Assembly: GCA_050261575.1 (NCBI GenBank)
Contig: JBLNDL010000011.1
Location: 65,345-129,344 of the forward strand
Direction of reading: 5' to 3'
Length of the DNA stretch: 64,000 nt
DNA from: Sphingomonadaceae bacterium
Lineage (GTDB): Bacteria > Chloroflexota > UBA6077
Both the position numbers and the translations under genes were made by a program. The notes under the pieces are model-generated. The model did not search any database, had not been told where the DNA came from, and was given only the letters and a program-made list of their open reading frames with translations. How positions within the stretch are numbered: the first letter of the stretch is position 1; each line of letters opens with the position of its first letter. Shown here piece after piece: positions 10,098 through 20,523 of the stretch.

Positions 10098-10339
10098 CTC
10101 GTTCTCGACCTCCTAAGAACCCGAGGTCTTACAGCGCCTCTGCCCCGTCAGGACAGCGACGCAAAGCTCGGCTGCGGCGCGCCGCCGCGTGCGCACCGCA
10201 GGGGCAAGCAGCCTGCCACCCCTGGCACCAGGGCATCTGACTCAGGGTTTTGTAGGATTCTACCTCACTAAGCGCCTCGGGGCAAACCTGAATCCAGGTC
10301 AGCGCCAGCATCCTGCGCCATGCAGCACTGGCCCCACAT

Positions 10340-10348
10340 TGGTATAAT
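10340..10348 (+). promoter_or_regulatory. Extended -10 element upstream of the activase gene
   Basis: TGGTATAAT, followed by a CAACTAGA direct repeat with a 10-bp period. Confidence 0.45.
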
Positions 10349-10560
10349 GAAGCTCCAGGCAACTAGATCCAACTAGAAGGGCAACCGTGTCCGTGCGGAT
10401 GCAGCCACTCGCAGCGGTGCTTGAGCCACCACGATTGTTTCACCGAGGAAGCACACCCCATGGGGAGTGCGTGGGCGCGCCGAAGGCATCGCCGTGGATC
10501 GCTTCGCGCCCCAGCGCGGCGTGCGCTGCATTCGCGTGGCGAACCGGTTGATCGACGGTT

Positions 10561-13500
10561 ATGGATAGCGGTGAGCTGTTTGTCGGGGTGGACATCGGAT
10601 CGGTGAACGTCCGGGTGGCGGTGATCACGAAGACCGGCCACCCGATCTATCTTGACCACGAGCGCATCCTCAAGGGCCCGGCCACCGCCGTGTCGACCCT
10701 CCTAGATCGTCTGCGCGAGCAGGTCCCCCTGGACTGCGTTGCCGGAGCAGCGGCGACGGGTTCCGGCCGCCAGATATACGGCGGCCAAGAGGGCTGGAGG
10801 CTGGTGAGTTCCCCCTACGCTGCCATCACGGGCCTGCTATCGGACTGCCGGAATGCCAAGACGATAGTGGCCATCGGCGGGCAGACGTCCCTGGTCATCG
10901 GGCTGTCGCAGGGGGTGGAGGGGTCCTGGCGGGTTGCCAGGTCGCCGCTCTGCGCCGCGGGCACTGGGCGCTTCCTCGAGCAGCAGGCATCTCGCCTGGG
11001 CATCACCATCGAGGAGTTCGGCCCGACCGCGCTGGAGTGGAAGGATGCGCCGCCGCGAATCGCGGCCCGCTGTAGTGTCTTCGCCAAGTCCGATCTTATT
11101 CACCTGCAGCAGAAGGGGTGGCCGATCTCCGCGATGCTGGCCGGCCTGTCCGACAGCGTCGCCAGGATGATCCTGGCCCAATGGAGAGACCAGTTCGAGC
11201 CGCCCATCTACTGCATCGGAGGGGTTGCCGCCAACGAGGGGGTCGTTCGGGCCCTCTCCGCGGCTCTGGGGGGCGCGCAGATAGTCGTCCCGCCCGACCA
11301 CGCCTACCGCGAGGCCCTGGGCGCCGCGTTGCTTGCCAGGGATGCGACCGCGCGCCCCAGCGATCTCTACCCTCGCGATGGCCAGGAGGACCAGCCGTTC
11401 CTGCTTCCTAGTCAACTGGAGAGCACCTTCTCCAGGGATGGCTGGAAGCCCGCGGAACTGCGGGAGGGGGTTGTGGATGTGGGCCTGGGGGTGGACGTCG
11501 GATCCACCAGCACCAAGGCCGCAGTGATCAGCCTCGACGGGCAGGTGCTGGCCAAGAGCTACTTGATGACGGCAGGACAGCCTCTGGAGGCGGTCAGGCA
11601 GCTAATGGGGAACCTGGCCACCATGGTCGAGGGCAAGGTACGAGTGAAGGCCGTGGGGGTCACGGGGTCCGGCCGATACCTGGTGGGTAGCTTCATCGGT
11701 GCCGACCTCATCAAGAACGAAATCACCGCCCAGACGAGGGCGGCGCTGCACATAGACCCTCAGGTGAACACCATCTTCGAGCTGGGGGGCCAGGACTCCA
11801 AGTACGTCTACCTGGAGAACGGCACGGTCTTGGACTATCAGATGAACAAGGCGTGTGCCGCCGGGACGGGCAGCTTCATCGATGAACTGGCGGAGCAGCT
11901 CGGGATATCGACCCGCAACGGCGAGTTCGCCCGGCTGGCCTTCACCGCCGACTCACAACTGGACCTGGGAGAGAAGTGCACCGCCTTCATGAGTCAAGCG
12001 GTGACGTCCGCTCAGCACGCGGGCGTGACCCTCGACGTCATCGTCTCCAGCCTCTCCACATCCCTGGCCAAGAACTACCGCTCCAAGGTGGTGGGCAGCC
12101 GTCGGGTGGGAAACCGCATCTTCCTCACCGGCGCCGTCTTCTACAACGACGCCGCCGTGTCGGCCTTCAAGGCGGAGTTCCCGGGGAAAGCCCTGGTGGT
12201 TCCCCAGCACAAGGAGGTCACGGGGGCGATCGGCGCCGCGCTGCTGGCCCTGGAGGCCATGCCCGAGGGCGCCCCGTCGCGGTTCAAGGGCTTCAGCGCC
12301 GTGGCTGGCGCCACCGTCCAGCTCACCAACTTCACCTGCCATCGCTGCGAGAACAGTTGCGCCATCAGCGCCATGACCACCGACACCGGGGAGAAGCTGT
12401 TCTACGGCTCCCGCTGCGACCTCTTCGACGCCACGGGCGGACGGGGCAAGCGCACGAAGGTGGAAACCCCCTTCGCCGACAGGGAGAGGCTGCTCTATTC
12501 CGGCTACGATCCAGAGGTTGGAGCGGGACCGGTTGTAGGGGTGCCCCGCGCCCTCATGACCCACGATCTTGCGCCTATGTTGACCGCCTTCCTCAACTCT
12601 CTCGGGGTGCGTGTGCGCTACTCCACCCCCACCAATCAGAGGGCGATCGAGAAGTCGGTGGAGCTGGCCTACACCGACAGTTGCTTCCCGATCAAGCTGC
12701 TTCATGGCCACGTGGCGGAGTTGCTGGACCAGGGTGCAGAGTATGTCTTGATACCCAACGCCATTCGCATGGGGGAGAAGACCGGAGAGGAGGACCAGCG
12801 TTACTCCTGCCCCCTGGTGCAGGCTGCACCCTACATCGTCCGATCGGTTTTCGGGCTGGGCGATCGACTGCTGGATCCGATCATCGATCTCTCCCGCGGT
12901 GACGACCTGACCGTTCGCAGCTTCGCGGAGATCGCCCGTCGGCTGGGGTTCAGCCGAGAGAGGGGGATCGAGGCGGGAAGGGCAGCCCTGGCAGCGCAGC
13001 GATCCTTCGAGGCGCAACTCGCCGAGGCGGGGCAACGGGTGCTCGAGGAGCTGGAATCGAACCCTGAGGCGATCGGCGTGGTGCTGATGGCCAGGTCCTA
13101 CAACGCCCAAGACGCCGGTGCGAACCTCGGAATGGCCGAGGAGCTTAGGAAACTTGGCGTCGTCCCCATTCCCCTGGACTACCTCCCTCTGGACAGGGTG
13201 GACGTGCGCCAGATCTCCGACCGACCCTACTGGAACTACGAGCGGAAGCTGCTGGCGGCCGCGAAGCTGGTCGCCGGCCACCCTCAGCTTTTCGGGCTCT
13301 TCCTCTCCAACTTCGGCTGCGGCCCGAACTCGATCATCCAGAACATCGTCGAGGACATCATGGGCAGCAAGCCGTTGGGCCAGATCGAGGTGGACGAGCA
13401 TGCGGCCGAGGCAGGCTACATCACCCGGATCGAGGCGATGGTGGACACGATCAAGGGCTACCGGCGGGCCGGGCTGCATCCGGCCGACGACCCCACTAGG

Positions 13501-14703
13501 TACGTGCGCAGGGTGCCCACCTCGGTGCGGTCTGGCCAGACAGTGCTGGTAGCCCGCATGGCGGATCACGCCGAGGTCGTCGCGGCGGCGATGCGCTCCT
13601 TCGGCGTGAACGCGACGGTGCTGCCGCCGTCCGACGAGCGGAGCATGGCCCTCAGTCGCGACGTGACCAACGGGAAGGAGTGCCTGCCGTTCCGCGACAC
13701 CCTGGGGGTGTTCCTGCGGATGGCCGAGGAGGGCTCGCTGCCGAAGGGAGCCAGGGCGCTCATGGCCGGCTCGTTCGGCCCCTGCAGGCTGGGCAAGTAC
13801 GCTCAGGAGCAGCAGAAGATCCTGGACGAGCGAGGCATCGAGCTAGAGATCATGACGACGGTCTCCAACAACGCCTACTCCGACCTGGGGCTAGGCCCCC
13901 GCTTCGAGCTGGCGGCGTGGCAGGGGATCGTCGCCACCGACCACCTCCAGAGGCTACTCTGGAGCACACGGCCATACGAGCGGCAGGACGGCGAGGCCAG
14001 CAGGGCCTACCGGACCTACCTGGAAAAGCTGGTGGCCGCCGTCGAGGGCGGTCGGCCCATCGGGGTGCTGATGCGGGAAGCCGCCTCGACCTTCAGGGAG
14101 CTACGTGACCCTACCCTGCCCCGACGTCCCAGGGTGGGGATCAACGGCGAGATCTACCTTCGAGCAAACCGATTCTGCAACCAGGATCTGGTGGATCTAT
14201 GCGAGGTCAACGGCCTGGAGGCCGAGGTGGCTCCCATGTCGGAATGGCTCAAGTACATCACCTTCCGGACCCTGGAGGATAGCTGGGCCAATCGCGAGGT
14301 GGGCCGTATCCTCAAGAGCGCCCTCCGGAAGCTGGCCATCGACCACTACGAGGGGAGAGTGGCCTCCTGGTTCGAGGACGCGATCCACGAACGGGAGCCG
14401 AGCACCCGAGAGTTGCTGGCGGCCTCGGGACGGTACCTGCCGAGCCGAAACGGGAGCGAGGCCGTGCTTTCCCTGGGGAGCGGCATCCGGCAGATGGCCG
14501 ATCCCCACTTCGCCGGGGTCATCTCGGTCATGCCCCATGGCTGCATGCCAGGAGGCATCGTCGCGGCCCTCGCAGGGGAGATCTCGAAGGAATACGGGGA
14601 CAAACCCTGGATCAGCCTCACCTTCGACGGCTTCACAGATAAGGTGAACTCCGAACGGATCGCCGACCTGGCGGAGCAGTTGAGGCACAGGGCAGGCCAC
14701 TGA
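10561..14703 (+). CDS. Multidomain acyl-CoA dehydratase activase-related protein (2x BcrAD/BadFG ATPase + DUF2229 + dehydratase-like regions)
   Basis: GVDIGS/GVDVGSTSTK, GGQDSK, CAAGTG twice, CSVF/CTAF, CxxCxNxC, SCFPIK, NFGCGP, GPCRLG, GCMPG. Confidence 0.88.
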   Translation: MDSGELFVGVDIGSVNVRVAVITKTGHPIYLDHERILKGPATAVSTLLDRLREQVPLDCVAGAAATGSGRQIYGGQEGWRLVSSPYAAITGLLSDCRNAKTIVAIGGQTSLVIGLSQGVEGSWRVARSPLCAAGTGRFLEQQASRLGITIEEFGPTALEWKDAPPRIAARCSVFAKSDLIHLQQKGWPISAMLAGLSDSVARMILAQWRDQFEPPIYCIGGVAANEGVVRALSAALGGAQIVVPPDHAYREALGAALLARDATARPSDLYPRDGQEDQPFLLPSQLESTFSRDGWKPAELREGVVDVGLGVDVGSTSTKAAVISLDGQVLAKSYLMTAGQPLEAVRQLMGNLATMVEGKVRVKAVGVTGSGRYLVGSFIGADLIKNEITAQTRAALHIDPQVNTIFELGGQDSKYVYLENGTVLDYQMNKACAAGTGSFIDELAEQLGISTRNGEFARLAFTADSQLDLGEKCTAFMSQAVTSAQHAGVTLDVIVSSLSTSLAKNYRSKVVGSRRVGNRIFLTGAVFYNDAAVSAFKAEFPGKALVVPQHKEVTGAIGAALLALEAMPEGAPSRFKGFSAVAGATVQLTNFTCHRCENSCAISAMTTDTGEKLFYGSRCDLFDATGGRGKRTKVETPFADRERLLYSGYDPEVGAGPVVGVPRALMTHDLAPMLTAFLNSLGVRVRYSTPTNQRAIEKSVELAYTDSCFPIKLLHGHVAELLDQGAEYVLIPNAIRMGEKTGEEDQRYSCPLVQAAPYIVRSVFGLGDRLLDPIIDLSRGDDLTVRSFAEIARRLGFSRERGIEAGRAALAAQRSFEAQLAEAGQRVLEELESNPEAIGVVLMARSYNAQDAGANLGMAEELRKLGVVPIPLDYLPLDRVDVRQISDRPYWNYERKLLAAAKLVAGHPQLFGLFLSNFGCGPNSIIQNIVEDIMGSKPLGQIEVDEHAAEAGYITRIEAMVDTIKGYRRAGLHPADDPTRYVRRVPTSVRSGQTVLVARMADHAEVVAAAMRSFGVNATVLPPSDERSMALSRDVTNGKECLPFRDTLGVFLRMAEEGSLPKGARALMAGSFGPCRLGKYAQEQQKILDERGIELEIMTTVSNNAYSDLGLGPRFELAAWQGIVATDHLQRLLWSTRPYERQDGEASRAYRTYLEKLVAAVEGGRPIGVLMREAASTFRELRDPTLPRRPRVGINGEIYLRANRFCNQDLVDLCEVNGLEAEVAPMSEWLKYITFRTLEDSWANREVGRILKSALRKLAIDHYEGRVASWFEDAIHEREPSTRELLAASGRYLPSRNGSEAVLSLGSGIRQMADPHFAGVISVMPHGCMPGGIVAALAGEISKEYGDKPWISLTFDGFTDKVNSERIADLAEQLRHRAGH

Positions 14704-14759
14704 CGGAGGGGGATGGCTCAACCCACCCAACACGCGTCCCAGCCCTGAGCCCGACGTGA

Positions 14760-14885
14760 GGAGGCGCCAATGAGACCGATGGCAATGGCCAGGCCACCCG
14801 CCGGATAGCCCTCACCTCCACCGAGGAGGTCGACGAGGAGTTGCTCGGCTGGCTCCGGGCCGCCTACGAACAGGCTGCCCGAGCA
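14760..14885 (+). pseudogene. Remnant resembling the C-terminus of a DUF5655-like protein
   Basis: Frame reads ..ATRRIALTSTEEVDEELLGWLRAAYEQA; an in-frame TGA lies at 14757 and there is no start codon ahead of the motif. Confidence 0.45.
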
Positions 14886-15929
14886 CTATACGATCAGCAT
14901 CGCGTCCCCGAAGCTGTAGAATCGGTAGCGCTGCGCGACGGCCTCGCGGTACGCCCGCAGCAGTAGGTCGCGCCCTGCCAGGGCGCTGACCAGCATCACG
15001 AGAGTGGAGCGGGGGAGGTGGAAGTTGGTCACCAGGGCGTCCACGATCTTGAACCGGTAGCCGGGGTAGATGAACAGTTCCGTCCAGCCGGAGCCGGCCT
15101 TCACCCTCGCGGGCTCCTCCTCGGTCGCCGCGCTCTCCAGCACCCGTACGCTGGTGGTGCCCACCGCTATGACCCTCCGGCCCTCCCGCCTGGCGGCCCC
15201 GATCCGTGCGGCGGTCTCCTCGGAGACCTCGTAGTACTCCCGATGCATCGGGTGCTTGGTGGGATCCTCCTCCTGCACCGGTCTGAAGGTGTCTATGCCG
15301 ATGTGGAGTGTCACGAAATCGATCTGGGCGCCCAGGGCTTGTATCCGAGCCATCAACTGTCGGGTGAAGTGTAGCCCCGCCGTGGGGGCCGCAGCGGAGC
15401 CGCGCACGTCTGCGTAGACGGTCTGGTAACGCTCCGGGTCGCCGGAGTAGCCCTTGATGTATGGCGGCAGGGGCACTCGCCCCAGACGGTCCACCACCTG
15501 GTCCAGCGGCTCTGCCGCCTCCAGCCGAACCCTCCTCACACCCAGGCCGTTGACGGAGAGCACCGTCGCCGCGAGTACCCCGCTGCCGAAGGTGATCCTT
15601 GCTCCCTCCTTCAAGCGCCTGGCCGGCTTCAGCAGCACCTCCCACTCGTCCGCCCCCTGGCAGCCTACCGCCGGCCGCAGCAGCAGCATCTCCACAGGCG
15701 AGCCAGTGGTCTCCTTGACCCCCAATAGCCGGGCAGGAATCACCCGGCTGCGGTTGGCGACCAGCAGGTCGCCCGGACGCAGGTAGTCCACCAGATCGCG
15801 GAAGACCCGATGCTGCAGGCTCGCCGACGCCCTGTCAACCACCAGAAGGCGCGAGGAGTCCCTCGGCTCCACGGGGCATTGGGCGATCAACTCCTGCGGA
15901 AGGTAGTAGTCGAAGTCGGAGGTTCGCAT
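14886..15929 (-). CDS. queA: S-adenosylmethionine:tRNA ribosyltransferase-isomerase
   Basis: DFDY.LP.ELIAQ, PLPPYI, RYQTVYA, AAPTAGLHFT, VGTT, TNFHLP, FYSFGDAM. Confidence 0.97.
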   Translation of the reverse strand: MRTSDFDYYLPQELIAQCPVEPRDSSRLLVVDRASASLQHRVFRDLVDYLRPGDLLVANRSRVIPARLLGVKETTGSPVEMLLLRPAVGCQGADEWEVLLKPARRLKEGARITFGSGVLAATVLSVNGLGVRRVRLEAAEPLDQVVDRLGRVPLPPYIKGYSGDPERYQTVYADVRGSAAAPTAGLHFTRQLMARIQALGAQIDFVTLHIGIDTFRPVQEEDPTKHPMHREYYEVSEETAARIGAARREGRRVIAVGTTSVRVLESAATEEEPARVKAGSGWTELFIYPGYRFKIVDALVTNFHLPRSTLVMLVSALAGRDLLLRAYREAVAQRYRFYSFGDAMLIV

Positions 15930-15932
15930 GCG

Positions 15933-16157
15933 CTAGCGACGAAAGACTCCCAAGACGAGATTCAGGAGAACGGTGAGGATGATGCTGAGCAGAATCATCG
16001 TGGCCAGCGGGAAGTAGACCCGCACGTTGCCCCACTGGAAGGAGATGTCTCCCGGCAGCCTGCCCAGGAAGGGTACGTTCCCAGCCAGCAGCATGATCAA
16101 CCCGAGCAGGAAAACCAATCCCCCAATCACGAGCAGCAGCTTGCCTAGATCAGCCAT
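15933..16157 (-). CDS. DUF2905 family small membrane protein
   Basis: LGRLPGDI...YFPLAT.ILLS motif, in its usual ruvB-queA position. Confidence 0.88.
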   Translation of the reverse strand: MADLGKLLLVIGGLVFLLGLIMLLAGNVPFLGRLPGDISFQWGNVRVYFPLATMILLSIILTVLLNLVLGVFRR

Positions 16158-16253
16158 CGCTTCCACGTCTCGCAATCTCCTCAGAGAAGCAGCGGGCAGG
16201 GGTCACTCCCCTGCCGCCACTTGAAAGCCACGTTTGCCGGCCGGAACCGGCTC

Positions 16254-17270
16254 CTACAGCAGCCTGGGCTGGTCCCCGCGGGGCTCGACGCCCAGATGCT
16301 CGTAGGCCAGCCGCGTCGCGACGCGGCCGCGCGGGGTTCGGGCGATGAAGCCCAACTGCAGCAGGTAGGGCTCGTAGACGTCCATCACCGTGTCGGCATC
16401 CTCGTTGGTGGCTGCGGCGATGGTCTCGATGCCCACGGGGCCGCCGTCGAACTTCTCGATGATCGCCCGCAGGATCGAGCGATCCGCCTCGTCCAGCCCC
16501 AACAGGTCCACCTCCAGCCTCTCCAGCGCAAGCTGGGCGACCCGCTGGGTGATCACCCCGTCGGCCATCACCTGCGCGTAGTCCCGAACTCGCCGAAGCA
16601 GCCGGTTGGCTATCCTGGGTGTCCCCCTGGAGCGTCTGGCGATCTCGGCCGCTCCCTCCGGCTGGATGCTCACCCCCAGTATGCGCGCCGAGCGGTTCAC
16701 GATCTTCTCGATCGCGGCCTGGTCGTAGAACTCCAGGCGGTAGATCACCCCGAAGCGGTCTCGCAGCGGTGAACTGAGCATGGCCATTCGGGTGGTCGCG
16801 CCGATGATGGTGAACTTCTGCAGGCTGAGCCGAAGGCTGCGGGCCGTCGGCCCCTTGCCCACGATCATGTCCCACACGAAGTCCTCCATCGCGGGGTAGA
16901 GAGCCTCCTCCACCACACGACTCAGACGATGGATCTCGTCGATGAAGAGTACGTCGCCCTTCCGCATGTTGGTGAGGATCGCGGCCAGATCCCCCTGGTG
17001 CTCGATGGCGGGACCCGAGGTGGTCCGGATGTTCACCTGCATTTCCGAGGCTATGATGTTCGCCAGGGTGGTCTTGCCCAGGCCGGGTGGGCCGTACAGC
17101 AGCACGTGCTCCAGGGCATCGTCCCGCGCCTTGGCCGCCTGGAGAAAGATGCGAAGGTTCTCCTTCACCTTCTCCTGGCCGATGTACTCCTCCAGCCGCT
17201 TGGGCCGAAGGCTAGTCTCGATAGCCTGCTCCGACTCACCCACGTCGGGCGAAACCAGCCTGTCGCTCAC
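16254..17270 (-). CDS. ruvB: Holliday junction branch migration helicase RuvB
   Basis: [56 protein letters not shown]. Start GTG 17270 (ORF open to 17285). Confidence 0.97.
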   Translation of the reverse strand: MSDRLVSPDVGESEQAIETSLRPKRLEEYIGQEKVKENLRIFLQAAKARDDALEHVLLYGPPGLGKTTLANIIASEMQVNIRTTSGPAIEHQGDLAAILTNMRKGDVLFIDEIHRLSRVVEEALYPAMEDFVWDMIVGKGPTARSLRLSLQKFTIIGATTRMAMLSSPLRDRFGVIYRLEFYDQAAIEKIVNRSARILGVSIQPEGAAEIARRSRGTPRIANRLLRRVRDYAQVMADGVITQRVAQLALERLEVDLLGLDEADRSILRAIIEKFDGGPVGIETIAAATNEDADTVMDVYEPYLLQLGFIARTPRGRVATRLAYEHLGVEPRGDQPRLL

Positions 17271-17321
17271 CGCACCATTCCTCACCGGAAGATGGTGGAA
17301 TCATAGCACAAAGTAGCCGCT

Positions 17322-17696
17322 CTAGCTCCGGCCGCGCCGGACCACGCCGTTGATCGCCTCCGCCAACTCGTCGGCCTGCATCGACCGGAACTTGAAGGAC
17401 GCCCCGTTCTTCATATTGACGGTGAGCAGCTTGCCGATCGACACCAGGTCCCACACGTTCATCTGTACGTTGCCGCCGACGGCCTCGGCCCCACTCACCT
17501 GGTCGAGATCCAGGTCGAACCTGCGCGTGACGAGTTTGTAGAACAGAATCGGCTCGAAGGTGATCCGTCGCGTGGTTACGATGAGCACGCCCGCCACCTT
17601 CAAGGGTACGATGGATGCCAGCAAGCATCCACCCCGATACTGCACGCCTCCAATCGCCACCTGGCGATCCTCTTCCACCCCTACTGCCTCCTCCAC
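17322..17696 (-). CDS. Hypothetical protein, probable PH/GRAM-like domain
   Basis: GVLIVTTRRITFEP....FDLDLDQVSG pattern with a C-terminal helix; start uncertain. Confidence 0.55.
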   Translation of the reverse strand: MEEAVGVEEDRQVAIGGVQYRGGCLLASIVPLKVAGVLIVTTRRITFEPILFYKLVTRRFDLDLDQVSGAEAVGGNVQMNVWDLVSIGKLLTVNMKNGASFKFRSMQADELAEAINGVVRRGRS

Positions 17697-17791
17697 GTCG
17701 ATTGTGCCTCGCCGCGCGGGTTCTCCCGCGGGCTGCTGCCGGACATCATAGCCAATTCCTCCTATTCGCGCAAAGGTTACGTAAAGTTCTA

Positions 17792-17821
17792 TTGCCTCGG
17801 CTGAAAAGCGCAAGCTATACT
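17792..17821 (+). promoter_or_regulatory. Putative sigma70 promoter of the GH73 gene
   Basis: TTGCCT-18 nt-TATACT. Confidence 0.4.
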
Positions 17822-18042
17822 GGCCTCCGCAATCACGCGTTTAGCCCCGACAGGGGCACTCTACACAGGCCCGAGCGGGCTCGCGCCGAGCCCCATCCCA
17901 TCGGTCGTCCTTTCGCGATCAGCCACGGAACACCCTCGAAGGGTCGCCTTTGCTCGTGAGCGACCCAACCACATACCGCACACCGCCGCGTGCTGCACCC
18001 CCGAGTTGGTTCGGCATCGCTGCGACTAGGAGGTGTCTCGCC

Positions 18043-19005
18043 ATGTCATGGCAGCACGGGTCGGAGCGACCCGATCCAAGAGCAAGCGACGTTGACGCAG
18101 ACCACCGCCCGGCCACAGAGCCACGCAGGCTGCACAGTGGACCCCATCGAAGCCGCACGCGGCTACCCCGCCGCCGGATCATCGGGGCGAAGCTCTCCCT
18201 TGGAGGAGCCATACTCGCGCGGCGCGCGGCCATCGCCTCCGTGTCTGCCGCGCTTCTCTTGGCATCCGTTTTCCTGCCGCCAGTCGAGGATAGCCCCAGC
18301 TACGCCAGGGACCTCACGTTCGATGACATCCAAACCAGTGCATCCCCTCCTCCCGAGGCCCTGTCGGGGTCCAGCCCTCACCTGCCGTCCCTGGTGAAGC
18401 GGGAAGCCACGCCCAACCTCGACCCCCTTCCATCCCAGGGGCAGGGATCCCAGGCGACCGCTCCTCAGCCCACCCCCGAGCCCGCCCGAACGGCTCTCTC
18501 GAGCCGCGGAGGGTCCAGACCCACCCCGGATATCTCCACCCAGGACAAGTTCATCGCGGCAGTTGCTGAAGCTGCACGAGAATCCCAATTGGACAGTCTC
18601 GTACCGGCCTCGGTCACGATCGCTCAGGCGATCCTAGAATCCGACTGGGGCAGGAGCCTCTTGGCTCGGAAGGGCCAGAACTACTTCGGCATCAAGGCTG
18701 GGAGAGCCGGGCCCGGGCCAGCGGGTGTGATCAAGATGAACACCTGGGAAGTATTGAGTGGCACTAACGTCGTCGTCAATGACGGATTCAAGGCATACCA
18801 CAACCTGTACGAATCGGTTATGGATCACGGTCGCTTCCTGGCAGATAACCCGAGGTACTCCGCGGCCTTCCAGGTCGTCGATAACCCTCAGGAGTTCGCC
18901 AGACGGATCCACGCGGCAGGCTACGCCACCGATCCCTCCTACTCCACCAAGCTCATCAACCTGATGAACAAGTTCAACCTCTATCAGTACGATCTCAAGC
19001 CGTAG
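18043..19005 (+). CDS. GH73 glucosaminidase/FlgJ-like peptidoglycan hydrolase with N-terminal signal/TM and Pro-rich linker
   Basis: AQAILESDWG, NYFGIKA, GYATDP.Y; AGGAGGT RBS before the ATG at 18043. Confidence 0.88.
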   Translation: MSWQHGSERPDPRASDVDADHRPATEPRRLHSGPHRSRTRLPRRRIIGAKLSLGGAILARRAAIASVSAALLLASVFLPPVEDSPSYARDLTFDDIQTSASPPPEALSGSSPHLPSLVKREATPNLDPLPSQGQGSQATAPQPTPEPARTALSSRGGSRPTPDISTQDKFIAAVAEAARESQLDSLVPASVTIAQAILESDWGRSLLARKGQNYFGIKAGRAGPGPAGVIKMNTWEVLSGTNVVVNDGFKAYHNLYESVMDHGRFLADNPRYSAAFQVVDNPQEFARRIHAAGYATDPSYSTKLINLMNKFNLYQYDLKP

Positions 19006-19029
19006 GGGATCGGCCCCATGGTACAATAG

Positions 19030-20295
<1,266 letters not shown>

Positions 20296-20310
20296 CCGAA
20301 CTGCCCCAGC

Positions 20311-20339
20311 TTTACAGCCCGAGGCCATATTGTTACACT
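20311..20339 (+). promoter_or_regulatory. sigma70 promoter of the small basic protein / FecR-like operon
   Basis: TTTACA-17 nt-TACACT with extended TG. Confidence 0.55.
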
Positions 20340-20373
20340 CGCAACGGTCTTACGTTCCCCGGAGGTGAGGACA

Positions 20374-20523
20374 ATGGGCAACCGTGACAAGCGCGACGAC
20401 AAAGTCAAGAAGCCGAAGAAGGGCGCCAAGCTTAACTCCTCTAAGCTTGAGGTCACGGAGCTACCCCCACCCGTCGAAGTGGTGAGGAAGAAGCGCAAAG
20501 AACCGCGATTCGATGAGAACTAG
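20374..20523 (+). CDS. Small Lys/Arg-rich hypothetical protein (49 aa, not in the ORF track)
   Basis: GGAGGTGA RBS; MGNRDKRDDKVKKPKKGAKLNSSKLEVTELPPPVEVVRKKRKEPRFDEN*; overlaps the start of the next gene. Confidence 0.7.
   Translation: MGNRDKRDDKVKKPKKGAKLNSSKLEVTELPPPVEVVRKKRKEPRFDEN

Noticed and set aside
10150..10300. c-di-GMP-I riboswitch-like words GACGCAAAGC and GGCAAACC
   Set aside because: They are in the wrong order and far apart, and the GAAA-capped P2 stem is missing.
17822..18042. c-di-AMP (ydaO) riboswitch ahead of the wall hydrolase
   Set aside because: The conserved GCCGAATCC / GGGGAACC / CAGCTAAC elements are not found.
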